Positions 16,399 through 25,705 of a DNA stretch of 64,000 nucleotides are shown in pieces. The position numbers and the translations under genes were made by a program. The stretch is from Candidatus Latescibacterota bacterium (GTDB taxonomy: Bacteria; Latescibacterota; UBA2968): positions 3,648,001 to 3,712,000 of the forward strand of contig OZ244960.1 in assembly GCA_965222605.1 (NCBI GenBank). Reading direction: 5' to 3'. The notes below the pieces were generated by a model. That model was not told the DNA's origin. It saw only the letters and a list, made by a program, of their open reading frames with translations, and did not search any database. Numbering within the stretch: the first letter of the stretch is position 1; each line of letters begins with the position of its first letter.

Positions 16399-16512
16399 GT
16401 AGGGGACGGCCCCCGTCCAGTCATCGCGGCGTGTTTAAAGCCGCGATCCAAAAGGTTTTTAGCCGTCCACTGATCGCTTTTAAGTGTAGGGGCGGTGCCC
16501 CCGTGCCCGCCC
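16399..16512. repeat. Cluster of REP-like palindromes
   Basis: GTAGGGGACGGCCCCCGTCC (16399), GTCATCGCGGC..GCCGCGATCCA (16420-16450), GTAGGGGCGGTGCCCCCGTGCCCGCCC (16486-16512). Confidence 0.7.
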
Positions 16513-16544
16513 ACTTTCCAATATCCTTTACCTGGGATCGTGAT

Positions 16545-17354
16545 ATGAAATCATTTTTTGCGCTGTATGTGAAGGAACTGAAAGCGAATAAAACCCTTTT
16601 TTTGTTTTTGATGCTTTTGGTTGTAGGGATAAATGCTTATGGGCTTATGAAGGTGGCAAATGTTTCGCAAGAACAGATTGTTTCACAAGAACAGATTGGG
16701 ATGATCATCAAATTTCTGATAACCGTTACGTTGCCCATCAATCTGGCAAAAACTATCCTCTTTCTAAGTTTGCCCTTTTTGCTGGCACACACCTTCAATT
16801 CCGAGTGGCGATCAGAAACGCACTATCAGATGTTTACCCTTCCAATTTCTAGATACAAAGTGATTCTGGCAAAGATCGCTGCGGTTGCAAGTGTAGGCTT
16901 TGTGGGGGGTGAGATTGTTATTGGCAGTGTGTATTTATCGATGGCAAAGATCGCTGACTTGGTGTTAGAGGGAGGGGGAGGGTCTATATTTATAGTTATA
17001 GGAGAGCTTATGCCATTTTTTGATTTTGTTCTTATAGCGCATTTGCTATTTGTAACTTATATGATTTTTATTTTTGGCATTGTAACAGGGATGGAAGGGG
17101 TGAAGTATTCGGTTAAGCGGTATCGGAGATTGGCTGCGGTTGCTTCTTTTGTTGTATTTTTATTTTTTAGCTTCTTCACGCTTCAAGGTCTGGGTGTTTT
17201 TACAAGTTTCCTGATGCCGATGCTTCCTTTTGTGTATGGTGAAAATCTCATTTTTATCGAAACGAATGTAATGCCTTATTTTTCTATCATTCTCACAGGT
17301 ATTATCTTTATGATCATTGGGCTTGCGATGTATGAAAAACGCGCGGAAATCTAA
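16545..17354 (+). CDS. ABC-2-type permease, paralog 2
   Basis: Start MKSFFALYVKELKANK inferred from alignment with the paralogs; ends YEKRAEI. Confidence 0.85.
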   Translation: MKSFFALYVKELKANKTLFLFLMLLVVGINAYGLMKVANVSQEQIVSQEQIGMIIKFLITVTLPINLAKTILFLSLPFLLAHTFNSEWRSETHYQMFTLPISRYKVILAKIAAVASVGFVGGEIVIGSVYLSMAKIADLVLEGGGGSIFIVIGELMPFFDFVLIAHLLFVTYMIFIFGIVTGMEGVKYSVKRYRRLAAVASFVVFLFFSFFTLQGLGVFTSFLMPMLPFVYGENLIFIETNVMPYFSIILTGIIFMIIGLAMYEKRAEI

Positions 17355-17404
17355 AGCCCAAATTGTACGATGGCGGTCGAATACTCTTTACCTGGAATCG
17401 TAAT

Positions 17405-18172
17405 ATGAAACAATTTTTTGCATTATATGTGAAGGAACTCAAAGCGAATAAAATTCTTTTTTTATTTGTACTGCTTTTAATTGCGGGGATGAATGCTTAT
17501 GGGCTTATGCAGATAGCGTATGTTCGGCATTTTAAGGACGTGATTGAGTCCAGCGATAATCTTCCTGTTATTCTTTGGCCCAATCTCAGCTATTTCTGGC
17601 CAATGCTGGCTGTTTTTACTCTCGTTCTGAGTCTGCCCTTTTTGCTGGCGCAGGCCTTCAATTCCGAGTGGCGATCCGAAACGCATTATCAGATGTTTGC
17701 ACTAACGGTACCACAGTACAAAGTGATTCTGGCAAAAATTGTTGCGATCGCGAGTAAGGGCATTATAGGTGGCGGGATTGTTATTGGTAGTCTGTATTTA
17801 TGGATGGTGAGTAAGGCCGAGTTTGTAGATGGCGTAAGCGAGTTGATATCATTTCCCCGTTTTACTCTGGTGACGGGCTTGATTCTTGTGACGTATATGG
17901 TTTTCATTCTCGGTCTTGTGACCGGGATGGAAGGGATAAAGTTTTCAGTGAAGCGGTATCGAGGATTGGCTGCAATTGCTTTTTGTCTGGTATCCGTATT
18001 TTTATATGGCCGACTTTTCCAGCAAGGAGAGAGGGTGTTTGAATTTTTGGGACAAATTGCGATGCCTCCTTTTGGAAATGCGGATGTGTCACATTTTGTC
18101 TATACCATTCTCACAGGTATTATCTTTATGATCATTGGGCTTGCGATGTATGAAAAACGCGCGGAAATATAA
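17405..18172 (+). CDS. ABC-2-type permease, paralog 3
   Basis: MKQFFALYVKELKANK...YEKRAEI. Confidence 0.85.
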   Translation: MKQFFALYVKELKANKILFLFVLLLIAGMNAYGLMQIAYVRHFKDVIESSDNLPVILWPNLSYFWPMLAVFTLVLSLPFLLAQAFNSEWRSETHYQMFALTVPQYKVILAKIVAIASKGIIGGGIVIGSLYLWMVSKAEFVDGVSELISFPRFTLVTGLILVTYMVFILGLVTGMEGIKFSVKRYRGLAAIAFCLVSVFLYGRLFQQGERVFEFLGQIAMPPFGNADVSHFVYTILTGIIFMIIGLAMYEKRAEI

Positions 18173-18236
18173 AGTCCGAATCGTGCAACTTTCCGTCTCA
18201 CATCAAGTTTAAGTATGAAAGATTAGATTAGTTCGA

Positions 18237-18488
18237 TCAATTCACCTGCATCCGCTTGACTTGACTTAATCTCGCTCCAAAAGCGATTGCTGCCAGGATG
18301 TCCTCTTTTTCCAGATCTTCATAATCGTTCAGAATATCGTCAATGGACATGTCTCCACTTAAGAGTGTCAAAATCATCTCAACTGGATACCGCAATCCCC
18401 GTATGCATGGTTTGCCATGACAAATTTCAGGATCTATAGTAATGCGTTCCAGCAATTTTTCTGTAGAATGATCCGATTGCAGAGCCAT
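18237..18488 (-). CDS. DUF433 domain protein (antitoxin-like)
   Basis: RITIDPEICHGKPCIRGLRYPVE...EDILAAI; start uncertain. Confidence 0.88.
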   Translation of the reverse strand: MALQSDHSTEKLLERITIDPEICHGKPCIRGLRYPVEMILTLLSGDMSIDDILNDYEDLEKEDILAAIAFGARLSQVKRMQVN

Positions 18489-18528
18489 ATACGTACTCTT
18501 CCCCAAAATCCGTCATGATCGGTTTGTG

Positions 18529-19149
18529 CTACTCAGAGAGACGCCGGTTAAGGTCAACTGGAACCGCATAGCGCGGAGCGGCGATGGGTTCGCCTGGGGC
18601 AGGTCGTTCCAGAAAGGTTACGCTGTCGTAGAAATCATCCAATGCGATAAATCTGCCGTTCTCCTCCGCCCATTCCCGCATCTGGCGATTACAGCTATGC
18701 CGCCACGACAAAACTTCAATGTGCCAACCTCGGCGTCGCATGCGCTCCAGGTCAGCGTGAAAGCCGACGCCATCATCAAAGCCGGCTCCGTCTCCTGTGA
18801 GCATGACCACAATACCTGGATTGCCGTTGTAATCGAATCCATCGCGCAGCATCTCGGTTTGCAAAACCTGGTCCACGCCCTGTTCTCGTCCCTGTATTGC
18901 ACCGCGTTCCAATAGCTTGATGGTAACGCCTTCGTTCTCTAAACGATTCCAGACGTGCCGTAGTTCTGGTGGGATAGAGCCAACGGCGACAGCATGCTCA
19001 ATTTTTCGTCCAGCACGCGCCAGTTCCAGCAGATTCCGAAAATGAATACGCACGCGAGAACGCACAGCTTCGCCTTCTCTGTCAATGGCAACTTGTTGAC
19101 CACTGATGAAAATGTTGGAATCGTCCCAATAAATAAAAACTTTGTCCAT
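18529..19149 (-). CDS. NYN (LabA/DUF88, PIN-fold) ribonuclease
   Basis: FIYWDDSN, EQGVD, LTGDGAGF, FIALDD; RBS GGAGA. Confidence 0.88.
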   Translation of the reverse strand: MDKVFIYWDDSNIFISGQQVAIDREGEAVRSRVRIHFRNLLELARAGRKIEHAVAVGSIPPELRHVWNRLENEGVTIKLLERGAIQGREQGVDQVLQTEMLRDGFDYNGNPGIVVMLTGDGAGFDDGVGFHADLERMRRRGWHIEVLSWRHSCNRQMREWAEENGRFIALDDFYDSVTFLERPAPGEPIAAPRYAVPVDLNRRLSE

Positions 19150-19246
19150 TTTGTTTCTCCGGTTTTGCTCGTTCCGGTTATGATCATTTTTTTTAATCCA
19201 CATCTAAAAATAGCCTATTTGCCATGACCAGTCAATATGAAGGCTA

Positions 19247-19312
19247 ATGCTGCGTGAGAACGGCGATCCGATTCCGGAGCCTCAAACGTTTTTCCAACTG
19301 GTTGAAGTATAA
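19247..19312 (+). pseudogene. Remnant of a HicB-like antitoxin C-terminus
   Basis: MLRENGDPIPEPQTFFQLVEV* matches the LrEdGepIPEP tail of short HicB proteins. Confidence 0.5.
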
Positions 19313-19360
19313 GGGCAAAGCAAATTGCGGTACTATGCAATGGTAAAACAGACTATGACA

Positions 19361-21751
19361 ATGCAATGGATATGGCTATTTGCCGTCCTTTTATTGACCG
19401 CGCCAGTGCAGGCAAAGGTGATTCAGGGTACTGTGACCGATGCGTCAACAGGAGAGCCGCTTCCCGCTGCGACGGTGCATGTTCTGGGGGCTTATGACGG
19501 TACGATTTCAAATACCGAGGGCAAGTATGTGCTGCCTTTGCGCTCTGTTCCCGCGGTGGTGGAGGTGCGCTATATTGGCTACCGGTCGCAGCAATACAAT
19601 GTGACGGAGGACGCAGCCGATGTGCATGATTTTGCCCTGGAGCCAGTGCCGATTGAGATGGAGGCGCTCGTGGTGACGGCTGAGGATATGGGTCCCAATA
19701 TTATGCGTAAGGTCATCGCGCAGAAGCAAACGTGGTGGGATAGTCTGGAGACGTTTCGCGTTGAGGCTTATTCGCGGTTTGTCTATTACAGGGGAAAGGG
19801 GGATAATGACTCATCGGAGATTGTCGCGATTGTCGAGAGCTTGTCCGACGGTTTTTGGGATGGAGAAAAGGGATGGCGGGAGGTCATTAAGGATAAACGC
19901 GAGACAGAGAATTGGGATTATGATTTTGCTTTGCCCGCGGCTGCGGGTGTGAATTTGTACGATGATGAGACAGTACTCGGCGGCCATCTTATGATCGGCG
20001 TTACGCATCCCGATGCTCTAAATCACTATGATTTTGTGCTCACAGGTCGTCGCAAAATGGATGAGCACGTTATTTACGATATTGATGTGAAACCCAAACA
20101 CAGCCTCAAGACGGCTTTTAATGGTCGCGTGGCTGTGCTCGATAGTGTGTACGCGTTCGTGGAGGTAGAACTGACGCCAAATCGGGCGTTTTTGTTTCCG
20201 CCGCCTATTCGCGAATTTACCATTACTATGCGTCAGCAGTTTAGCAATTTCGGTGGTGATTATTATTTGCCGGTGGGCTATCAGTCGGATGTGAATATTG
20301 AGATCGGGATGATTGGTTTGCAATTTCCGCCTATTAAAGGACAACGCGTTTCTCGTTTGACGGGGTATGAGGTGAATGTCGCGTTGCCCGATTCGCTTTA
20401 TGAACAGGATCGCATCGTGGTGGTGGATTCTGTGCGTGTCGAGCAGGATAGTTTATTGGCACGAACAGCACTCGCCGTGCCATTGGATGATATTGAGCAA
20501 GAGGCTTATGCGCGGATTGACAGCACGATGACGCTGGATAAAGCGTATGAACCAAAGGGGTTTTTGGCGCGTTTTGTGAAGGATGATGAGGAGGATGAAA
20601 AAAATAAGAAGGATGGTAAGAAGGGGCGCAAATTGCCGTTTCGGCCCAAACCCGAGATCTGGTTTAATCGCGTGGATGGTGGGCATTTAGGTTCAAAAAT
20701 TTCTTCGGGATCGAGTCGAAGCCGAGCGACTTTTGCAGGTGGGGGTGCGTATAATTTCGGTTTGAAACGATGGTCTTTTGACGGCAAGACTACGGTGCGC
20801 TGGGGGGCGGACAATAAGGGGTTTGTTTCGCTTGAGGGATTTCGCGGGACAGATACGCGCTATCGCTCGAGATTATATAGCCGATTCAAGGCCAGTTTTC
20901 AGCAGATTGAAGGTTTCGAAGATTATTTTGATTTCTTCTGGCGCGAGGGTGTAAGGGGAACGGCGGGCTATCGGTTTGGTCGTCCGAGAAAGGCGGGTGT
21001 GCGGTTGAGCGGTGGGGTCAATGTCGCGCAACACAAGTCGGTAGAGAAGACTACGGATTGGCATTTGAGTGGGGATATTGATGTGCAACGGCCCAATCCG
21101 GAGATTGATCCGGGTAATTTGCGTTCTGTGTTTTTGCGCGCAGATATCGAGGGTGAAAATTCGGAACTCGTGTTTATTTTCAGGCAACGAAGAATTATAT
21201 TGGAGGTTGAACACAGCCGGTCGGGATTCGGTAGTGATTTTGATTTTACACAATTTCGGGTGCTGTTGGATTGGCGTATCAAGACGCTGTTTAAGCGGCG
21301 TTTGTTGCCCAATGTGCTCGATGTGCGTGTTGTTGGTAGTGTGTTTGTGGGGACGTTGCCCAGGCAGCGCTTTGAGATTTTGGATGCCGGGCTGCTGGAC
21401 GGGCTTTCGACATTTGGGGCATTTCGCACGCTTGTGAATCGCCCTTATGAAGGGGAGAAAGTACTGGGGGTGTTCTGGGAACACAATTTTCGCACGGTTC
21501 CGTTTGAGTTGATCGGCTGGCGGTGGGCTGCGGAGCGCAATATTGGTTTGATTGTTCACGGCGGACACGGGCGCACGTGGTTTGGAGATCGCACATTGGC
21601 AGGGTTGGATTATGCGCCGCAATATATAGATGGATTTCACCACGAACTGGGTGTGTCGATTAACGGGCTGTTTGATTGGTTTCGGTTGGATTTCACAAAG
21701 CGGTTGGATGCATCGGGATTTTCTGTGAGTGTTGGGTTTGTGCAGTTTTGA
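19361..21751 (+). CDS. Outer-membrane protein, carboxypeptidase-regulatory-like domain plus DUF5686-like barrel
   Basis: Signal peptide, IQGTVTDASTGEPLPAATV, YIGY, WFNRVDG, terminal Phe; start uncertain (19340-19361). Confidence 0.8.
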   Translation: MQWIWLFAVLLLTAPVQAKVIQGTVTDASTGEPLPAATVHVLGAYDGTISNTEGKYVLPLRSVPAVVEVRYIGYRSQQYNVTEDAADVHDFALEPVPIEMEALVVTAEDMGPNIMRKVIAQKQTWWDSLETFRVEAYSRFVYYRGKGDNDSSEIVAIVESLSDGFWDGEKGWREVIKDKRETENWDYDFALPAAAGVNLYDDETVLGGHLMIGVTHPDALNHYDFVLTGRRKMDEHVIYDIDVKPKHSLKTAFNGRVAVLDSVYAFVEVELTPNRAFLFPPPIREFTITMRQQFSNFGGDYYLPVGYQSDVNIEIGMIGLQFPPIKGQRVSRLTGYEVNVALPDSLYEQDRIVVVDSVRVEQDSLLARTALAVPLDDIEQEAYARIDSTMTLDKAYEPKGFLARFVKDDEEDEKNKKDGKKGRKLPFRPKPEIWFNRVDGGHLGSKISSGSSRSRATFAGGGAYNFGLKRWSFDGKTTVRWGADNKGFVSLEGFRGTDTRYRSRLYSRFKASFQQIEGFEDYFDFFWREGVRGTAGYRFGRPRKAGVRLSGGVNVAQHKSVEKTTDWHLSGDIDVQRPNPEIDPGNLRSVFLRADIEGENSELVFIFRQRRIILEVEHSRSGFGSDFDFTQFRVLLDWRIKTLFKRRLLPNVLDVRVVGSVFVGTLPRQRFEILDAGLLDGLSTFGAFRTLVNRPYEGEKVLGVFWEHNFRTVPFELIGWRWAAERNIGLIVHGGHGRTWFGDRTLAGLDYAPQYIDGFHHELGVSINGLFDWFRLDFTKRLDASGFSVSVGFVQF

Positions 21752-21778
21752 GGGTGTGGTGAATAACGCACCATCTTT

Positions 21779-21812
21779 GCCCCTTGTCAGATACATTGAC
21801 AAGGGGCTTTTT
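21779..21812 (+). terminator. Terminator overlapping the next promoter
   Basis: GCCCCTTGTCA-gatacat-TGACAAGGGGC-TTTTT; the right arm contains TTGACA, with CATAAT downstream. Confidence 0.7.
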
Positions 21813-21871
21813 GGTTCATAATATTGTCGCGGTTTTTTGCGGGATTACATTTTAGATGGAAAGGATTTTTT

Positions 21872-23218
21872 ATGAGCGATTCTCCTCATGTCATTCTCAT
21901 TTTTGGTGACCAGTGGCGCGCACAGGCGTTTGGTTATGCCGGCAATACGTGTGTGCAAACGCCGCATATCGACCGTCTCGCGTCTCAAAGTATTAATGCG
22001 ACACACGCGGTTTCGGGGTGTTCGGTTTGTTGCCCGGCGCGCGCGTCTTTGCTGACGGGTCAATATCCACTCACGCATGGCGTTTTTGTCAATGATGTCC
22101 ATTTAAGCGATAGGGCTGTTAGTCTGGCACAGGCTTTCAAAAATGAGGGATACGATACCGCTTATGTCGGCAAATGGCATGTCAATGCAAATGGGCGGTC
22201 CCGTTATATTCCACCCGAAAATCGGCAGGGGTTTGACTATTGGAAGGTGCTGGAGTGTACGCACAATTACAACAATTCTTTTTATTATGCGAATGACTCC
22301 GATGAGAAGCTCACATGGGAGGGGTATGACGCGATTGCGCAGACGCGCGATGTGCAAGATTATATTGAGAATCACGACTCGGATGATCCCTTTCTGCTCG
22401 TGCTTTCATGGGGTCCACCACACGCGCCTTACGAAACTGCGCCCGAAAAATACCGCGCGATGTATCGCCCCGAGGATGTGCCTTTGCGCGAGAATGTGCC
22501 ACCAGAATCCGAAGAAAATGCCCGAAAATGGATTGCGGGCTATTATGCTCATTGCACTGCGCTGGACGATTGTATGGGCGATTTGCTCCAGACGCTGGAT
22601 GATAAGGGCATAGCCGACGATACGCTCTTGCTCTTTTTTTCGGATCACGGCGATATGCTCGGCTCACAGGGGAGTGCGAAAAAGCAACAGCCCTGGGAAG
22701 AGTCTATCCGCATTCCGTTTTTGTTGCGATGGCCGGCGCAATTTGGAACGGAGGGCCGCGAGATTTCTGATCCTATCGATATACCCGATATTATGCCCAC
22801 GCTTTTGGGGCTTTGTGGGTTTGATATTCCCGATACGGTTGAGGGCTTGGATTATTCGGCCTATCTCAACGGTGATGAAAGTTCCTCTGATGGTGCTGCA
22901 CTTTTACAATGCCCGCAGCCTTTTGGGCAGTGGACGCGCGCTCAGGGGGGACGCGAATATCGCGGTTTGCGGACGGGGCAATACACTTATGTTCGCTCCC
23001 TCGATGGGCCGTGGTTGCTCTATGATAACGTAGCCGATCCCTTTCAGTTGAACAATCTTGTTGCCGATCCTGAGTACGCGGATTTGCGCCGCGAGTTGGA
23101 CGCCTGGCTCCAACGCCGCCTCGATGCGCGAGGCGATGAGTTTCTTTCGGGCGCAGACTATATTCGGCAATGGGGATATACCGTGAATGAAAGCGGTACT
23201 GTGCCTTATACAAATTAA
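21872..23218 (+). CDS. Formylglycine-dependent sulfatase
   Basis: DQWR, CCPARASLLTG, GKWH, SDHG. Confidence 0.93.
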   Translation: MSDSPHVILIFGDQWRAQAFGYAGNTCVQTPHIDRLASQSINATHAVSGCSVCCPARASLLTGQYPLTHGVFVNDVHLSDRAVSLAQAFKNEGYDTAYVGKWHVNANGRSRYIPPENRQGFDYWKVLECTHNYNNSFYYANDSDEKLTWEGYDAIAQTRDVQDYIENHDSDDPFLLVLSWGPPHAPYETAPEKYRAMYRPEDVPLRENVPPESEENARKWIAGYYAHCTALDDCMGDLLQTLDDKGIADDTLLLFFSDHGDMLGSQGSAKKQQPWEESIRIPFLLRWPAQFGTEGREISDPIDIPDIMPTLLGLCGFDIPDTVEGLDYSAYLNGDESSSDGAALLQCPQPFGQWTRAQGGREYRGLRTGQYTYVRSLDGPWLLYDNVADPFQLNNLVADPEYADLRRELDAWLQRRLDARGDEFLSGADYIRQWGYTVNESGTVPYTN

Positions 23219-23233
23219 ACCCTGGAGTGAAAA

Positions 23234-23617
23234 ATGAATCGCGGTAAAAATGTTTTGGGCGAAGATCTCGAGGATTGTTGTACCGATCCTATGACGGGGT
23301 TTTTTAGAGATGGATGTTGTCGCACGGGATCGGGCGATCTGGGATTGCACATCCTTTGTGCGGAGATGACCGAAGAGTTTTTGGCTTTTTCCCAGTCTGC
23401 GGGCAATGATCTGAGTACGCCTATGCCTGAATTTCGGTTTCCCGGTCTCAAACCCGGTGACCGCTGGTGTTTGTGTGTCCAGCGCTGGGTTGAAGCACTT
23501 GACGCGGGTTTTGCACCTCCCGTTTATCTTTCGGGTACGCATATTTCCACGCTCGAGTTTGTCAATTTGGATACGCTCAAGGGATATGCGCTGGATAATG
23601 GAGATCCTTTGACATGA
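23234..23617 (+). CDS. DUF2237 family protein
   Basis: NVLG..L..C..DPMTGFFRDGCC, GNDLSTP, LKPGDRWCLC. Confidence 0.92.
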   Translation: MNRGKNVLGEDLEDCCTDPMTGFFRDGCCRTGSGDLGLHILCAEMTEEFLAFSQSAGNDLSTPMPEFRFPGLKPGDRWCLCVQRWVEALDAGFAPPVYLSGTHISTLEFVNLDTLKGYALDNGDPLT

Positions 23618-24555
23618 TTGAAAAAGCCACTCTTCAAGTCCCACGTCGTCGCTGGGGCAAAACCGAACTTTCCATTTCCGTTATTCCCTTTGGTACGCAG
23701 GGGTTTGGCAACAATTTTGGTCCTGTAACCGATGATGAGGCCGCAGATCTCATTCGGTATGCTATCGATATCGGCGTCAATCACTTCGATTGTGCGCGGT
23801 GTTATGGCGATTCTCTCCGAAAACTCGGTCTTGCGATTAAACAGGGTGTTGTCGTGCGCGATGAAATTATTATCAGTGGGCGCATTTGCTGCCACAGTGC
23901 TGCGAAGTGGGGGGGATATGGATCTGGAGAACCCGATTATACAACCGAGCGCGCGCTTGCCGATATAGAAGACCAGCTCGAGATTTTGGGGATCGATCAC
24001 TTCGATGTGCTCTTTGTTCACGATCCGGAAAATATTGAGGCCACGCTCGCTTCGGGCGGTACGCTCGAAGGATTGGAAAAAGCGCGAGAACGGGGTTGGG
24101 TCAATTTTATTGGATACGGGATGCGTCCCCACGATTTTCATCTAACGCATATCGAATCGGGGCGCACGGATTGTTTTCTGTGTTTTGGGGATCACAATCT
24201 TTTGCGTCAAACTATTAGCGAAGATATTTTGCCCGCTGCGGCAGAACGCGATCTGGGCGTGATGAATGGCTGGTCAATTATGCGCGGTTATCTCACGGGT
24301 GTGCCCGTGGAAAATTTTGTGCCTCGCCACCGCTGGCAAAAAGATCACGATCGTGCCGAGAACATGCGCCTGTGGTGTGAAGATCACGGGCACAACTTGC
24401 TCGAACTCACGTTGCAATTCTGTATCCGCGAGAGCCGTATCCACGGCAATCCGATCGGCAGCCTGAACAAGGAGCAACTCGAGACCAATGTGCGCGCGGC
24501 GTGTGCAACGGTTTCCGATGAGGTGTTCGAAGAATTTTTCTCTGCGGAACTTTAG
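23614..24555 (+). CDS. Aldo/keto reductase
   Basis: GVNHFDCARCYG, LGIDHFDVLFVHDP. Confidence 0.88.
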   Translation: MIEKATLQVPRRRWGKTELSISVIPFGTQGFGNNFGPVTDDEAADLIRYAIDIGVNHFDCARCYGDSLRKLGLAIKQGVVVRDEIIISGRICCHSAAKWGGYGSGEPDYTTERALADIEDQLEILGIDHFDVLFVHDPENIEATLASGGTLEGLEKARERGWVNFIGYGMRPHDFHLTHIESGRTDCFLCFGDHNLLRQTISEDILPAAAERDLGVMNGWSIMRGYLTGVPVENFVPRHRWQKDHDRAENMRLWCEDHGHNLLELTLQFCIRESRIHGNPIGSLNKEQLETNVRAACATVSDEVFEEFFSAEL

Positions 24556-24558
24556 GAG

Positions 24559-25629
24559 ATGCTTATGCAAATGCACACTTATCAACCCACATATCTTCAC
24601 GCGCTTGCGAGATGTTTGTTTGAAGCGTCTGGTGCGACACCTGATATTGCCTGTATTGTCGCCAAAATTCTGGTGAATGCCAATCTCGCCGGTCACGATT
24701 CTCACGGCGTTCTCCGCATTCCCGTGTATCTCCAGCGCATCTCTGAGGGTTCTATGAATCCCGCGGCTGAACCCACAACGGTGCGGGAATCGATTACCAC
24801 ATTGGTTTTGGACGGCAACCGAGGGCTGGGCCATCTCACGGCTTATCGCGCGCTCCACCAGGCGATGGAAAAAGCGCGAACTTCTGAAATTTGTTCGGTT
24901 TCATTCACGCGGGTTGAACATATTGGACGGCTGGGCGAATATGCCGAGATTGCCGCGCGTGCGGGTTTTATCGGTATTTGCATGGTCGGTGGGGGATCGC
25001 CCAATACAATGAAAGTCCTGCCTTTTGGGGGTAAAAAAGGCAGTTTGGGTACCAATCCCATTGCGGTGGGCGTTCCCACGGGCGACGAGGCACCCTTTGT
25101 GCTTGATTTTGCTACCTCGATGGTCGCCGAGGGCAAGCTTCAGGTCGCACGAAGCAAGAATTTGCCGATTCCCGACCATTTTATTGTGGATAAGAATAAT
25201 AATCCGTCAACCAATGCTCTCGATTTTTACGATGGCGGGTATTTGCGTACTTTTGGAGAGCACAAGGGCTATGCGCTTTCGCTGCTGGTTTGTTTGATGG
25301 GTCAGCTGGGGAATCGCGGAGATCGCCCGCGTTTTGGGGGCGCGTTTATGCAGGTTATAGATATTAGCGCGTTTACAGATTTGAATGGTTATCAACAGGA
25401 TATTCGCGCATTTTTAGACGCGATGAAGACGACTGAACCCGCCGATGGGATAGACGAGGTTCTGGTTCCCGGGGATTTTGAATACAGCAACCGCAGGCAT
25501 CGCCTCAAACACGGCATTGAAATACCCGACACGATTAACGAGCAACTTGCCGAATGGGCAGACCGCTTCGAGGTGTCTGTAGATGATAGTATTGTGGAAG
25601 ATAAAGATAGGGTGCATTATCAGAGGTGA
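24559..25629 (+). CDS. Ldh_2 (malate/L-lactate/L-sulfolactate dehydrogenase) family oxidoreductase
   Basis: GHDSHGV, HIGRLGEY, GTNPIA, DFATS, HKGYAL. Confidence 0.92.
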   Translation: MLMQMHTYQPTYLHALARCLFEASGATPDIACIVAKILVNANLAGHDSHGVLRIPVYLQRISEGSMNPAAEPTTVRESITTLVLDGNRGLGHLTAYRALHQAMEKARTSEICSVSFTRVEHIGRLGEYAEIAARAGFIGICMVGGGSPNTMKVLPFGGKKGSLGTNPIAVGVPTGDEAPFVLDFATSMVAEGKLQVARSKNLPIPDHFIVDKNNNPSTNALDFYDGGYLRTFGEHKGYALSLLVCLMGQLGNRGDRPRFGGAFMQVIDISAFTDLNGYQQDIRAFLDAMKTTEPADGIDEVLVPGDFEYSNRRHRLKHGIEIPDTINEQLAEWADRFEVSVDDSIVEDKDRVHYQR

Positions 25630-25650
25630 ATTCACAAAGAGGAAAAAATA

Positions 25651-25686
25651 AAAGGGGTGAAACCATTTGGTGGTTTCACCCCTTTG
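25651..25686. terminator. Bidirectional terminator
   Basis: AAAGGGGTGAAACCA-tttgg-TGGTTTCACCCCTTT between convergent genes. Confidence 0.85.
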
Positions 25687-25705
25687 CGTTTTTGCGCTGT
25701 GGCAG

